Numbered from the stretch's first letter, positions 1 through 10,317 are shown. The stretch: DNA of 64,000 nucleotides from an uncultured Pirellulales bacterium (GCA_964508785.1 CAZDVE010000002.1:47721-111720), one strand, 5' to 3'. Numbers and translations are program-made. Notes: generated from the sequence alone by a model not told the origin.

Positions 1-1
1 T

Positions 2-1843
2 GACATCGAAAAGTTAAAATCCCTTATAGAAAAGGGCGTCGATGTTAACGCCAAAGACAAAGAAGGCTACACCGCAATATACGATGCAGCCGCCAGAGGG
101 CATAAAGATGTCGTCGAGCTTCTTATAAATAAAGGCGCAGAAATAAATATACATGTTGACATCGAGGCAAAAAACAGCGGATTATGGACTCCCCTGCAAA
201 CAGCCGTACGTCATAATCAAGCGAGTGTAGTTGAGTTGCTCATTTCTAAAGGCGCTAATGTCAACACAAAAGACAAGTGGGGCTTTTCGCCATTACATAC
301 AGCAGCCAAGCATAACTATAACGGTGTTGCCGAGCATCTTATTGAAAAAGGAGCCGACCTCAACGCAAGGAACCAGTGGGATCAGACGCCACTGCATATT
401 GCCGCAAAAAGAGACAATAAACTTGTAGCAGAACTACTCATCGCCAAAGGTGCCAATATCAATGCAAGAGGAATCGACAATGAGACGGCTCTCCATCGCG
501 CCGTCGGAGGAGGACACACAGATGTCACCAGGCTATTGCTCGCTAACGGTGCTGACACCGAAGCAAAGTGTAAATGGGGTGCAACACCCTTGTTGTGGGC
601 CGCCTACTCAGGTCAAACGGCGACAGCAGGATTGCTCATCGAGCATGGCGCAGATATCGAGGCAAAGATGCCGGACGGTGAGACGACACCGCTTTTGCGA
701 GCTATATCTCAGGGAAATCTGGACACTGTTGCACTGCTCTTGGACAAAGGCGCAAACGTACAAGTTCAAAAAGGCGGATGGGGGCCGGTTGCATCAGCAA
801 TGTGGAAAGACCAGAAGGAAATAATCAAGCTTTTAAGCGATAAAAGAGCGGAGTTCTCAGATGTCCACATAGCGGCTTACTTCGGAGACTTGGACAAGGT
901 TAATCGGTTTTTATCAGATGGTGGTCATGTCGATGCAAGAGGTCCATCCGGCTTCACCCTGCTGCACTGTGCATTGTGTGGAGACCATAAAGAGTTAGCC
1001 CAATATCTTATTACAAAGGGGGCTAATGTGAATGCGACAGACTCTCCGGGCTGGCCCCCTCTGCACTTCATAGGCGACACAGGGGCAAGCGAAGAGATGA
1101 TAGAATTGCTACTTGACAACGGCGCTGATGTTAATCTACGCGATAAACAGGGACGCATTGCTCTGCATTGGGCGGCAGCAGCAGGCCATAAACCAATAGT
1201 GGTGATGCTAATTGACAGGGGAAGCGATGTTAATGCTCGGACGGATTCTATCGGAACAGAAAAAGAAGAGGATTCTGCCTTGGCTCCTCTGCATCGAGCA
1301 TGTGAAAGGGGACACAAAGATATAGCGGAAGTTCTTATCACCAATGGAGCAGATATCAACGCCAAGACGAAGAAAGGCAAAACCGCATTATCATTAGCAA
1401 GGAAGAAAGGGCATAAGCAAGTCGCCGAATTTTTACTCAGGCACGGGGCAGAAGGTCCAGATGTAGGTGCAGCCGAGCCACTTCGCAGGGCTGCAACTGA
1501 GGGAGATATTGAGAAAGTACAATCACTTATTCCTCCGTTAAAAGGAGTGAAGGCCAACAGAAATGATTTGGTGGGCCGGCGATTTGTGTTCTTATGGACA
1601 GAGGGAGTAGAAGAACATAAGAACGGCGTGCTTCTGTTAAAGAACGATGGGACAATTGGTGAGTACTCCCACCCTAACGAGTCGACCTGGAAAACCGATG
1701 AGGAAGGTCGTGTTCTGATTATGCACAGTGATGGCCGAATATCTACTGTTCTAAATATAATAACTGTTGATAACGGTAAATATGAACTTCGTGGCCCTTT
1801 TCTATTACGTGATGACATCGACCATATTCTGCGTGAACAGTGA
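2..1843 (+). CDS. Ankyrin-repeat protein, 5' end cut by the window edge, with a non-ankyrin C-terminal domain
   Basis: Frame 2 is open from the window edge (DIEKLKSLIEKGVDVNAKDKEGYTAIYDAAARGHKDVVELLI...), so the TTG at 236 in the ORF track is internal. There are roughly a dozen or more tandem ~33-aa ankyrin units (TPLH.AA..GH...V.LLI.KGA.VN). The last ~95 aa (NRNDLVGRRFVFLWTEG...HILREQ) are not ankyrin-like. Confidence 0.85.
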   Translation, partial: DIEKLKSLIEKGVDVNAKDKEGYTAIYDAAARGHKDVVELLINKGAEINIHVDIEAKNSGLWTPLQTAVRHNQASVVELLISKGANVNTKDKWGFSPLHTAAKHNYNGVAEHLIEKGADLNARNQWDQTPLHIAAKRDNKLVAELLIAKGANINARGIDNETALHRAVGGGHTDVTRLLLANGADTEAKCKWGATPLLWAAYSGQTATAGLLIEHGADIEAKMPDGETTPLLRAISQGNLDTVALLLDKGANVQVQKGGWGPVASAMWKDQKEIIKLLSDKRAEFSDVHIAAYFGDLDKVNRFLSDGGHVDARGPSGFTLLHCALCGDHKELAQYLITKGANVNATDSPGWPPLHFIGDTGASEEMIELLLDNGADVNLRDKQGRIALHWAAAAGHKPIVVMLIDRGSDVNARTDSIGTEKEEDSALAPLHRACERGHKDIAEVLITNGADINAKTKKGKTALSLARKKGHKQVAEFLLRHGAEGPDVGAAEPLRRAATEGDIEKVQSLIPPLKGVKANRNDLVGRRFVFLWTEGVEEHKNGVLLLKNDGTIGEYSHPNESTWKTDEEGRVLIMHSDGRISTVLNIITVDNGKYELRGPFLLRDDIDHILREQ

Positions 1844-1906
1844 CCATCAATGTGATCCCTTCATATAACATGAAAACTCGCTTGATTTGAGAGGTACGAA
1901 TGAACG

Positions 1907-2155
1907 ATGGTAATTGAATCGCCGCCTCTTATAGAATATGAACCACACATTCAGTTCTTCAAGACCGAAGATATTTTAGTGTTGGTTCTCATTTTTCTGA
2001 TCGGGTTACTGCTTTTAATATTATGGCTTATAGCTTTGATGCGATACCTTCGTTCAAAAGGCATCCCTCCGTTTAAATTAGAGAAAAACCCGAACATAAC
2101 AACAGAACATTCCAAAGCAGAAACCAGTCGAAGTACCGATAATCAAAGGTGCTGA
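1907..2155 (+). CDS. Hypothetical small single-pass membrane protein
   Basis: ATG with GAGAGG about 12 nt upstream. One strongly hydrophobic segment (ILVLVLIFLIGLLLLILWLIALM). No family recognised. Confidence 0.35.
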   Translation: MVIESPPLIEYEPHIQFFKTEDILVLVLIFLIGLLLLILWLIALMRYLRSKGIPPFKLEKNPNITTEHSKAETSRSTDNQRC

Positions 2156-2344
2156 TGCGAAAGCCATAAACTATAAATCCTCCGCCAATTAACTGCTTTC
2201 GATGCTTAGCCGTTAATTTTCCCTGAAACCGGCACAACAAAAAATATTCTAAAAAGGACAAAATCGTAACAAAACGGTAATATTTAATGTGCAAAATGCT
2301 TCTATCAAGACAATAGATTTTATGTTAACCTATTTGAAAGGAGC

Positions 2345-5300
2345 ATGATTATGAAAAGGTTCAGAAGTATCACAATCATTTTTTTGCTGTCGGTCGGCCT
2401 GCTTGCCCTGGTTGGACTGCAATTTTGCCTTGCAAGCCAAACCAGCGGCAACAAACCGGCAAGCGTCCTGCTGCAGGAAGCTCTGTACGCAGAGGAAATC
2501 GAAGGTGATATAGATGCCGCAATTAAGATTTATGAGCAGATAATAAAGGACAAATCGGCTCAAAGACCTCACGTCGCTCAGGCAATGTATCGAGAGGGGA
2601 TGTGCTACCTCAAACAAAGAAAAGACCGGCAAGCTCAGGAAATCTTTAGAACATTAGTAGCCCAATATAGTGACCAAACCGAGATTATCGGTAAGGTTAA
2701 ACCTCTGCTGGATGATTTAGGCAATGCCGACCCGGCGGCCCTGATGCCACCTGAGACCTTATTATATGCAGAAATAGGCAGCCCAGGCAGGCAGGTTGAA
2801 ACCATTCTTAATATGCTCAAGGGCACATCTCTGGAAAATCCCCTTGCCGCTATCGGCCCGGGTGGTCAAGCACCTGGGGGATTCAACTCACCCGCAGGTA
2901 TAGTAACTGCTCTGTTAAATCCAGGTATGATGGCGGAATTCAAGAAAATACGCGGGATGGGAATCGGTATCACAGGCATTCCTATGGAAAATGAACCACC
3001 GGCTATCATTGTACTATTCCCCGGAAAGAGCGACGCCCTTAAGGGTTTACTTCAGATGGCACTCGGCATGGCGGGTAAACCCACGGAAGCTATCGAAGGT
3101 ATGCAAACTTTATTGCTTCCCGAGGGAGGATGCGCTGTTTACGATGATACTGTTGTCATCCTCGCTACTCCAAAGGCATATTCAGGGGGACAACTGGCAT
3201 GGAGTGTCAAACAATACAAAGGTCTTATAAAAGAGCCTACACTAGCGTCGAGTAACGAATCTTTTACAAAAATCTCAAAAAAAGTACGCCAGGAAAATTT
3301 ACTAACTATCTGGATGGATACGGACCGGGTTTTCGCAGGTATTAAAAAAGCACTTCCGGAAGGCAAATTGCCGCAACAAATTCTTGCCGCTGACAGCATG
3401 GTCAATTTTACAAGCATCGACGATACGATTTCTTTTGTCTCACTCCACGAGAACGGAATCGCCGTTGAAACAAACATATCATTCAATGACGGACAACACA
3501 GCCTTGCATACGAAATGATTCGCACACCAAACCTTAACAGGTCCGGATTCGAAGCCGTCCCCTCCCAGGCAATCGGACTAATCAGTTTCGCATTAGGGGA
3601 GGCTGAAAGCGCCCAGGCACAGGCAGTAGGCCAAAAGATTCAAAATATGACTGGGCTTGATATCGGCAAAGAGCTATTCGCCAACATCAAACAGGTAACC
3701 ATTTTTATCTTACCAATCGATAGCCCTTCAGGTCAAACTAACATGCAGATGCCTCCAGCAGCATCGTCATTCGGACTTGCAATTACAAGCCACAATCCCC
3801 AACAGACTCGCCAGATATTAATCCAACTTTTGTCCGCCGTTAATCTTATCGCAGCAGAATCAATAAACGAAGCTTCCGAGCCAGTTGATGGCAAATACCA
3901 GATTGAACTCGTTGATGGCCAGAAACTATTCTGCTATATGGACCAGGACAACAAGGTAAATGTCGTATCATTCAATCCGGATGCTATCGAAGCTTCAATA
4001 TCAGCGATAAAAAATCATCAGTCCGCCCTCACTGTCGGGCCATTGCAGGAACATCTGGGCCAAATGTCTCCATATACAAGTAAATTAATACTAATTAACG
4101 TCGGTGGAGCAGTGCGATTTGCGGAATCCAATATGGGTCCAATGGCAGATGCAAATAACATAAAAGAAAGTATTGCACAAATTGCAACAAGCTGCGATAA
4201 AACATTTTTCCAGTTATGCACCACTGAAAAGCCGAATAATTTAAATATCAGGGCAGACATCAGTGGAATTCCACCTCTTAATAATTTACTCGTGCCATTA
4301 ATGAAACTGGCTCAGATTATCGAATCTGCCCAGGAACAGCAAAGGGCCGAAAAACAAAAAACCAAAACGGCAACAGTAAAAAAAGCCGACCGCAGTCCTG
4401 TAATCGATGGAACGGCAGAAGATATCTGGTCCGCCGCCCCTAAGTATAAACTCGAAAACGTAATATATTCACCCATATCTTCAGATGAGGATTTTTCCGC
4501 TTATTACAAAGTTATGTATGACCAGGGAAATCTGTATCTGCTTGTAGATGTCACCGATGACGAATTGAATAATGATTCAATGGAATTCTATTATGACGAC
4601 AATATCGAGGTTTTCATTGATGCCGACAATTCCAAGGAAAGCGAATACGGCGATAACGATTATACATATGATTTTAACTGGGACAGAACCAGCCCCAACA
4701 TGGAAGAGCGGGGACAGCTATACCAGAAAGACGACATCGAATATGCGTTAGTAACATCAGACGACGGTTATCGGCTGGAAATAAAATTTCCCTGGTCAAC
4801 TTTGGGAACAAAACCCTTCCCCGGAGCGAAGATAGGTCTGGATGTTCATGTAAATGATGACGATGACGGCGGAGAACGTGATACCAAGTTAATGTGGTCT
4901 GACGTGTATGACGATGCCTGGCAGAACCCAAGAGTTTTTGGCACTGCCGAATTAGCCGGTCTAATCGGCTGGTGGAAACTCGACGAAACACAGGGAAACA
5001 GTGCCACCGATTCGTCCGGCAATAATATCAACGGCAAACTGGTTGGAGAGCCCAAATGGCAACCATCCGGCGGTAAAATCGACGGCGCTTTGGAACTTGA
5101 CGGCAACGGTGATTACGTCAATCTTGGAACAAACTCGGTATTTGATATAACAGGACAGATAACACTGACAGCATGGATTAAAGTAAATGAATTTAATTAT
5201 GAATACACAGCGATTATCACAAAAGGCGATAGCGCCTGGAGATTACAGAGAGACAATAATACTAATCATCTTGAATTTGCATGTTCTGGCCTGGACGTAC

Positions 5301-5578
5301 CCGATACGCAATGGAGTAACGTTCTCGGAAACGTGAATGTAAACGACGGTCAATGGCACCATGCTGCGGGAGTGTACGACGGAGAGATGCTCTACTTATA
5401 CGTCAATGGCGAATTGGATGTCTCGTCAAAGGCAACCAGAACAATTAATACCAACGACTATCCTGTTTATATAGGTGAAAATGCCGAACAAACGGGACGT
5501 TTCTGGAATGGTCTCATAGACGATGTACGTGTTTACAATTATGCCCTGTCGGAAAATGAAATTAAGGCACTTTACTAA
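2345..5578 (+). CDS. Large secreted/anchored multidomain protein: TPR-like N-terminus, CBM9/DOMON-like carbohydrate-binding module, C-terminal LamG (Laminin_G_3) jelly-roll
   Basis: RBS GAAAGGAG lies just upstream. Signal/anchor segment ITIIFLLSVGLLALVGLQFCLA. CBM9-like segment SPVIDGTAEDIWSAAPKY...YYKVMYDQGNLYLLVDVTDD...DNIEVFIDADNS. LamG-like tail GLIGWWKLDETQGNSATDSSGN...GALELDG...WHHAAGVYDG..LYLYVNG...IDDVRVYNYALSENEI. Confidence 0.8.
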   Translation: MIMKRFRSITIIFLLSVGLLALVGLQFCLASQTSGNKPASVLLQEALYAEEIEGDIDAAIKIYEQIIKDKSAQRPHVAQAMYREGMCYLKQRKDRQAQEIFRTLVAQYSDQTEIIGKVKPLLDDLGNADPAALMPPETLLYAEIGSPGRQVETILNMLKGTSLENPLAAIGPGGQAPGGFNSPAGIVTALLNPGMMAEFKKIRGMGIGITGIPMENEPPAIIVLFPGKSDALKGLLQMALGMAGKPTEAIEGMQTLLLPEGGCAVYDDTVVILATPKAYSGGQLAWSVKQYKGLIKEPTLASSNESFTKISKKVRQENLLTIWMDTDRVFAGIKKALPEGKLPQQILAADSMVNFTSIDDTISFVSLHENGIAVETNISFNDGQHSLAYEMIRTPNLNRSGFEAVPSQAIGLISFALGEAESAQAQAVGQKIQNMTGLDIGKELFANIKQVTIFILPIDSPSGQTNMQMPPAASSFGLAITSHNPQQTRQILIQLLSAVNLIAAESINEASEPVDGKYQIELVDGQKLFCYMDQDNKVNVVSFNPDAIEASISAIKNHQSALTVGPLQEHLGQMSPYTSKLILINVGGAVRFAESNMGPMADANNIKESIAQIATSCDKTFFQLCTTEKPNNLNIRADISGIPPLNNLLVPLMKLAQIIESAQEQQRAEKQKTKTATVKKADRSPVIDGTAEDIWSAAPKYKLENVIYSPISSDEDFSAYYKVMYDQGNLYLLVDVTDDELNNDSMEFYYDDNIEVFIDADNSKESEYGDNDYTYDFNWDRTSPNMEERGQLYQKDDIEYALVTSDDGYRLEIKFPWSTLGTKPFPGAKIGLDVHVNDDDDGGERDTKLMWSDVYDDAWQNPRVFGTAELAGLIGWWKLDETQGNSATDSSGNNINGKLVGEPKWQPSGGKIDGALELDGNGDYVNLGTNSVFDITGQITLTAWIKVNEFNYEYTAIITKGDSAWRLQRDNNTNHLEFACSGLDVPDTQWSNVLGNVNVNDGQWHHAAGVYDGEMLYLYVNGELDVSSKATRTINTNDYPVYIGENAEQTGRFWNGLIDDVRVYNYALSENEIKALY

Positions 5579-5596
5579 ATAAAACAATATCAGCAC

Positions 5597-7681
5597 GTGA
5601 AAATAAAAGGAAAACCCGGTGTAGATCGCGATCGAATGCGGTGGGTAGTATTACTACTTGCGGTGGCGGTAATATTGCCTACCGTGTGTTTGCTTTGGTT
5701 CATGAGCCAGGCGGTGAAGAACGAACGCCTCGTTGTCCGCCAGAAACTCGTGACATTATACCAGGATAAACTTTCCGAGACCATCCAGAAAACTAATAAG
5801 AGATGGTCGGGAAACTGTATGTTTTTAGATACAGGAACACCCACAACACATCCCTATGAGAAGTTTATTTCGGCCGTGGATAAAAACTGTTGCGATGGAA
5901 TGATTATCTATGATAAGACAGGCAAACGCATCTATCCCTCATTAGCAACCGGCCAGGATAGTATAACTAAACCATCCAATATATTCAGTGATGCCTGGGA
6001 GATGGAATTTATACAAAGAGATTTCTTACAAGCCGCCAGGCTATACGAACAAAATGCTCAGCGCGGAGCAGACCTGATTCAAATTGCCGCTAGTATTGGC
6101 GAAAGGCTTTACGGGCAAAAAACAAAATTCAGCCCCGACTATATACATCTGGCAGCACTTATTGGTAAAAGCAGATGCATGGTAAAGCTTGATAGGATTG
6201 ACGAAGCAATTGAAACCTGTAAACAGGTGGCCTTTAGTCCTTTAGATCAAACAGGTGATACATCTCTGTTGGTCCTCATCGCAGATGCTCGGCTACTCTT
6301 GATGAGTTTCATAAAATCAAATGCAAAGTACCACGCTTTATATGAGGAAACTTTCCGTAAATTAACTGCTATGGTTTTTACCACCAATCAAGCCGGCCAT
6401 ATGTTGCCAACCGACCATAATCTTTTTCTCGCACAGAAAGCCTTCGAAATAGGAAATAAAACTTCATTCCTCGAAGACGATTTTAGTATGGCATCTGAAC
6501 GTATGCGTAAACTCTTAGCCGCTGAAGAAAATTCTATCCGCTATGCTGAGTACTATCCGGAAACAGCCGTCCTGACAAGCCGGCAAACAGACAGACTCCA
6601 ACTATTGCAGGCGGGAAAAGAAACTTTTTACGGACTATATCACGAAATAAAAGGTGGTAGTCTCCTGTTGCTATTATCTACAGAGAGTATCGCATCGGCG
6701 TTGGTTGACTACAAAGAGAATTTCAGAGATTCTGATGTAGTTTATAGAATTCTTGACGATACAGGAAGTTTCGTTACAGGAACGGAAAAACCCGCAAGCA
6801 AACCATTTGTGGATACTTCCGTCGGAAGACATTTCCCCGGCTGGAAGGTTGAATTGTATTTCAAAGGCTGGGATGTATTTGAAAAAGCAGAGAGAAAACA
6901 GATTGCTGTTTATACCTGGACGGGTGTGCTCGTTATCGTGCTCATACTCGCCGCCGGCGGTTTAGCCGGGCAAGCTGTTAACAAGCAGATAAAGATAAAC
7001 AAACTCAAAAATGATTTTATAGCAACAGTATCGCACGAATTGAAAACGCCCCTGGCCTCAATGCGAGTGTTAGTGGATACCTTACTGGAAGGTAACTATA
7101 AAGACCAGCAACAAGTCCAGGAATATCTCGAGCTAACCAGCAAGGAAAACGAGAGACTCAGCAGATTGATTGATAATTTTCTGACCTTTTCACGAATGGA
7201 GCGAAACAAGCAGGCCTTTGAGGTAGTTCAGACAAATCCAGCGGTTATTGCCAGGGGCGCAGCCGAGGCGGTCAAAACCAAATTTGCCAACAGGCGATGT
7301 AAATTCGAAGTCAATATTAGTGAGGATTTGCCCTATGTGATGGCTGATCGTGATGCCATGGTAACTGTGCTTGTCAACCTCCTGGACAATGCGTATAAAT
7401 ATTCATATGACGATAAGAAGATTATGTTGAGAGTTTATAGTCAAGACGATAGCGTCTGTTTTAGCGTTTCAGACAATGGCACAGGAATGTCAAACCGGGC
7501 AGTGAAAAAAATATTTAATAGATTTTACCAGGTTGATAGAAGCCTATCCCGACGTGCTGAAGGCTGCGGCCTCGGACTTAGTATTGCAAAATTTATTGCA
7601 GATGCCCATAAAGGCTCAATATCTGTCGACAGCAAACCCGGTGAAGGAAGCACATTCACTATTTGCCTGAATTCGACATAA
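5597..7681 (+). CDS. Sensor histidine kinase with a large extracytoplasmic helical domain
   Basis: H-box FIATVSHELKTPLASM, N-box LVNLLDNAYKYS, G-boxes SDNGTGM and GCGLGLSIAKFI. Two hydrophobic segments (VVLLLAVAVILPTVCLLWF and VYTWTGVLVIVLILAAGGLAG) bracket a ~400-aa region. The GTG at 5597 has no clear RBS; ATG 5636 (MRWVVLLL...) is an alternative start. Confidence 0.9.
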   Translation: MKIKGKPGVDRDRMRWVVLLLAVAVILPTVCLLWFMSQAVKNERLVVRQKLVTLYQDKLSETIQKTNKRWSGNCMFLDTGTPTTHPYEKFISAVDKNCCDGMIIYDKTGKRIYPSLATGQDSITKPSNIFSDAWEMEFIQRDFLQAARLYEQNAQRGADLIQIAASIGERLYGQKTKFSPDYIHLAALIGKSRCMVKLDRIDEAIETCKQVAFSPLDQTGDTSLLVLIADARLLLMSFIKSNAKYHALYEETFRKLTAMVFTTNQAGHMLPTDHNLFLAQKAFEIGNKTSFLEDDFSMASERMRKLLAAEENSIRYAEYYPETAVLTSRQTDRLQLLQAGKETFYGLYHEIKGGSLLLLLSTESIASALVDYKENFRDSDVVYRILDDTGSFVTGTEKPASKPFVDTSVGRHFPGWKVELYFKGWDVFEKAERKQIAVYTWTGVLVIVLILAAGGLAGQAVNKQIKINKLKNDFIATVSHELKTPLASMRVLVDTLLEGNYKDQQQVQEYLELTSKENERLSRLIDNFLTFSRMERNKQAFEVVQTNPAVIARGAAEAVKTKFANRRCKFEVNISEDLPYVMADRDAMVTVLVNLLDNAYKYSYDDKKIMLRVYSQDDSVCFSVSDNGTGMSNRAVKKIFNRFYQVDRSLSRRAEGCGLGLSIAKFIADAHKGSISVDSKPGEGSTFTICLNST

Positions 7682-7722
7682 CTTAAAGAACAAGCTCTCT
7701 TATAATTTTAAGAGATAGAAGT

Positions 7723-8427
7723 ATGGAAACAGTACTGATTATTGAAGACAATTCAACCATGTTGAGGGCTTTGAAGGACAACTTCGAGCTAAAAGGTTAT
7801 CATGTCAAGACGGCATCGGACGGAGAAAAGGGCCTGAACGCAGCATTAGCCGTAAATCCCGATATGATTATACTCGATATTATGCTTCCCAAAATCAACG
7901 GCTATGAAGTATGCAGCAATATCCGTAAAAAGGACCTTGATATGCCGATAATTATGCTAACAGCAAAAGATCAGGAATCAGACGTTGTGCTCGGGCTAAA
8001 TCTCGGTGCCGATGACTATGTAACCAAGCCCTTTAGTATAAAAGAACTATTAGCAAGGGCTGAAGCTTTTATGCGGCGAAGAACAAAAGACAAAACCTCA
8101 GTTTATGAATTCGGCGATTTTCAGCTTGATGTCGATAAGGGTACACTTACACGCAAGGGCAGGCAGGTAAAGCTGACTCCCGGAGAGTATAAGATGTTGC
8201 ATTTCTTCCTGAAAAAAGCAGGGTGTGCCTTAACCTGTGATGAAATACGTAATAACGTTTGGGGTTATTCTCGCTTTATTACTTTACGCGACATCGACAA
8301 TAATGTAAATAATCTAAGGAAAAAAATCGAGACAGACCCTGATAACCCGAAGTTTATTCATTCTATAAAGATGATTGGTTATAAATTTGAATTGACAGAA
8401 TCCAATGGAAACAATCCTGATAGTTGA
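7723..8427 (+). CDS. OmpR/PhoB-family response regulator, tandem paralog 1
   Basis: Receiver motifs IIEDN, IILDIMLP (phospho-acceptor Asp), MLTAK, VTKPF. C-terminal winged helix (LTPGEYKMLHFFL, NNLRKKIE, IGYKFE). Confidence 0.9.
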   Translation: METVLIIEDNSTMLRALKDNFELKGYHVKTASDGEKGLNAALAVNPDMIILDIMLPKINGYEVCSNIRKKDLDMPIIMLTAKDQESDVVLGLNLGADDYVTKPFSIKELLARAEAFMRRRTKDKTSVYEFGDFQLDVDKGTLTRKGRQVKLTPGEYKMLHFFLKKAGCALTCDEIRNNVWGYSRFITLRDIDNNVNNLRKKIETDPDNPKFIHSIKMIGYKFELTESNGNNPDS

Positions 8428-9091
8428 GGATGACCTAACGATGCTGCGGGGTCTGAAGGATAACTTTGAATTCAAAGGTTATCGTGTCCTGACTGCTGCC
8501 AACGGCGAGGAAGGCCTGAACCTTGCTCTTAATGAGAAACCTGACCTGATACTACTCGATATTATGCTCCCAAAGATTAACGGCTATGAAGTATGCAGAC
8601 TGATTCGCAAGGAAAACCTTACAATGCCCATAATCATGCTAACAGCTAAGGGTGAAGAATCAGACATAGTGCTGGGATTAAATCTTGGAGCGGATGATTA
8701 TGTCACCAAGCCGTTCAGCATAAAAGAATTACTCGCACGGGCGGCAGCATTCCTTAGACGTAGCAAACAGACCGAACAGGATGTCTATGAGTTTGCCGAC
8801 TACCAGCTCGATATCCCCGCAAGAAAATTGACACAGCACGGAAATGAAATCAAACTCTCACCCAAAGAATTCCGGCTGCTTGAATATTTTCTCAAAAGAC
8901 AAGGACGGGCGCTTACTCGCGACGAGATTTTAAATGCGGTTTGGGGTTATGATTGCTACGTCGGCTCCCGCAGCATCGATCGTTTTATCACAACCTTAAG
9001 GAACAAAATCGAACCGGACCCGCACGACCCTACGTTTATTCACACAATAAGAGAAATCGGCTACAAATTCGAACCACCCGAGGAGGAATAA
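8405..9091 (+). CDS. OmpR/PhoB-family response regulator, tandem paralog 2
   Basis: Same architecture as the upstream gene (IVEDD, LLLDIMLP, MLTAK, VTKPF; LSPKEFRLLEYFL, TTLRNKIE, IGYKFE). Its start overlaps the end of paralog 1 by 23 nt. Confidence 0.9.
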   Translation: METILIVEDDLTMLRGLKDNFEFKGYRVLTAANGEEGLNLALNEKPDLILLDIMLPKINGYEVCRLIRKENLTMPIIMLTAKGEESDIVLGLNLGADDYVTKPFSIKELLARAAAFLRRSKQTEQDVYEFADYQLDIPARKLTQHGNEIKLSPKEFRLLEYFLKRQGRALTRDEILNAVWGYDCYVGSRSIDRFITTLRNKIEPDPHDPTFIHTIREIGYKFEPPEEE

Positions 9092-9131
9092 ATAAGAGGT
9101 AATTCATATCTCAATTAATACCCGTTAGTAT

Positions 9132-9848
9132 TCACTGCCCTGCTGCTTTGATGGCATCGGCAAGATTTAGTGTGCCTTCGTAGAGGCTTCGTCCGACTAT
9201 CGCCGCTGCCGCACCCAATTCGGCTACCTTTTTTATATCTTCGATGCTGCTGACACCACCTGAAGCAATTACAGGCAATTGAACTGCTTCGACAAGAGCT
9301 TTGGTTCTTTCGAAATTCGGGCCTGTCATCATGCCGTCTTTGGTGATATCAGTATAAATTATCGCTGCTAAAGGCAATTTCGCAGCTCTAACTGCAAACT
9401 CTGGAAGAGATTCGGAACTATCCTGTGTCCAGCCTTCGGTGGATACTCGTGAGCCGCGCGAATCAAGGCCGAGCACGATTTTACCGCTGAACTTCTCCGC
9501 CATCCTGCCAAACCATTCGAAATCACTAACCGCTTTGGTGCCGATTATCGCTCGTTCAACTCCGATATCGAATAACTGCTGTATGGAAGTTTCGTCACGC
9601 AGGCCACCCCCTACTTCGATTTTTAATTTACCTAATTTTGCTATCGCGGCTATAGAGTCGGTATTAACAGGTTTGCCGGCTTTGGCTCCTTCCAGATCGA
9701 CGATATGCAGCCACTTGGCCCCTTCGGCGATGAAAGCTTCGGCCTGTTTGACCGGATTGCTCTGGTAGTTTATCTGACGGTCATATTGGCCTTGGATTAA
9801 TCTGACACATTGTCCCTTTATCAAATCTATTGCCGGTATAATATACAT
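9132..9848 (-). CDS. hisA: 1-(5-phosphoribosyl)-5-[(5-phosphoribosylamino)methylideneamino]imidazole-4-carboxamide isomerase
   Basis: MYIIPAIDLIKGQCVRLIQGQYD N-terminus typical of HisA, then GGGLRD and ASGGVSS phosphate-binding motifs. ATG at 9848 has GGAG 8 nt upstream. The ORF-track start at 9884 adds 12 non-conserved residues. Confidence 0.9.
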   Translation of the reverse strand: MYIIPAIDLIKGQCVRLIQGQYDRQINYQSNPVKQAEAFIAEGAKWLHIVDLEGAKAGKPVNTDSIAAIAKLGKLKIEVGGGLRDETSIQQLFDIGVERAIIGTKAVSDFEWFGRMAEKFSGKIVLGLDSRGSRVSTEGWTQDSSESLPEFAVRAAKLPLAAIIYTDITKDGMMTGPNFERTKALVEAVQLPVIASGGVSSIEDIKKVAELGAAAAIVGRSLYEGTLNLADAIKAAGQ

Positions 9849-9940
9849 CCGCGCATCTCCGGAGTTTAAGTTGAAAAAAGTCACAATCTTTTATCTACAG
9901 CGAATCTTACCAGCTCCTTATATAAATTTCAATTGCAACT

Positions 9941-10315
9941 TTAGCCAACAATCGGCCGAGCTCTTTCTATTGAAAAATATACAAAATGCCGGGCCGACTC
10001 CGGCGAACTCTTATGCCTTTTCGGCCGCTGAGATTTAATCTCTTCTATCCGCTGCGGATCTGACTCCTCACCGACTTTTGTAAGGTACAATCTTTTGCCC
10101 TTGTATCCTTCACCATGCTCGACAAACATATACGCAGCCTTCAGATTAGACCCGATATTCGAGAAACTGGTTCGTTCAAGCATACTGAAAGCGATTTTGT
10201 TTTCGTCAATAACATAGGGCCGTGAATAAATGGCCAAGTCAACGTTACCATCGGAATCACATGTAGCCAGAATGCCTATTCCTTCGGCGGATTGGAAATA
10301 TTCAGCCAAACTCAT
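9941..10315 (-). CDS. Pyridoxamine 5'-phosphate oxidase-like (FMN-binding split-barrel) family protein
   Basis: Small (124 aa) protein whose pattern GILATCDSDGNVDLAIYSRPYVIDENKIAF...AAYMFVEHGEGYKGKRLYL resembles the PNPOx-like split-barrel family. Recognised by eye only. Confidence 0.5.
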   Translation of the reverse strand: MSLAEYFQSAEGIGILATCDSDGNVDLAIYSRPYVIDENKIAFSMLERTSFSNIGSNLKAAYMFVEHGEGYKGKRLYLTKVGEESDPQRIEEIKSQRPKRHKSSPESARHFVYFSIERARPIVG

Positions 10316-10317
10316 AA

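Noticed and set aside
925-1818. 297-aa antisense ORF inside the ankyrin gene
   Set aside because: It is the shadow frame of a strongly periodic, clearly coding ankyrin array. It is Ser/Pro/Ala-rich low-complexity translation with no motifs.
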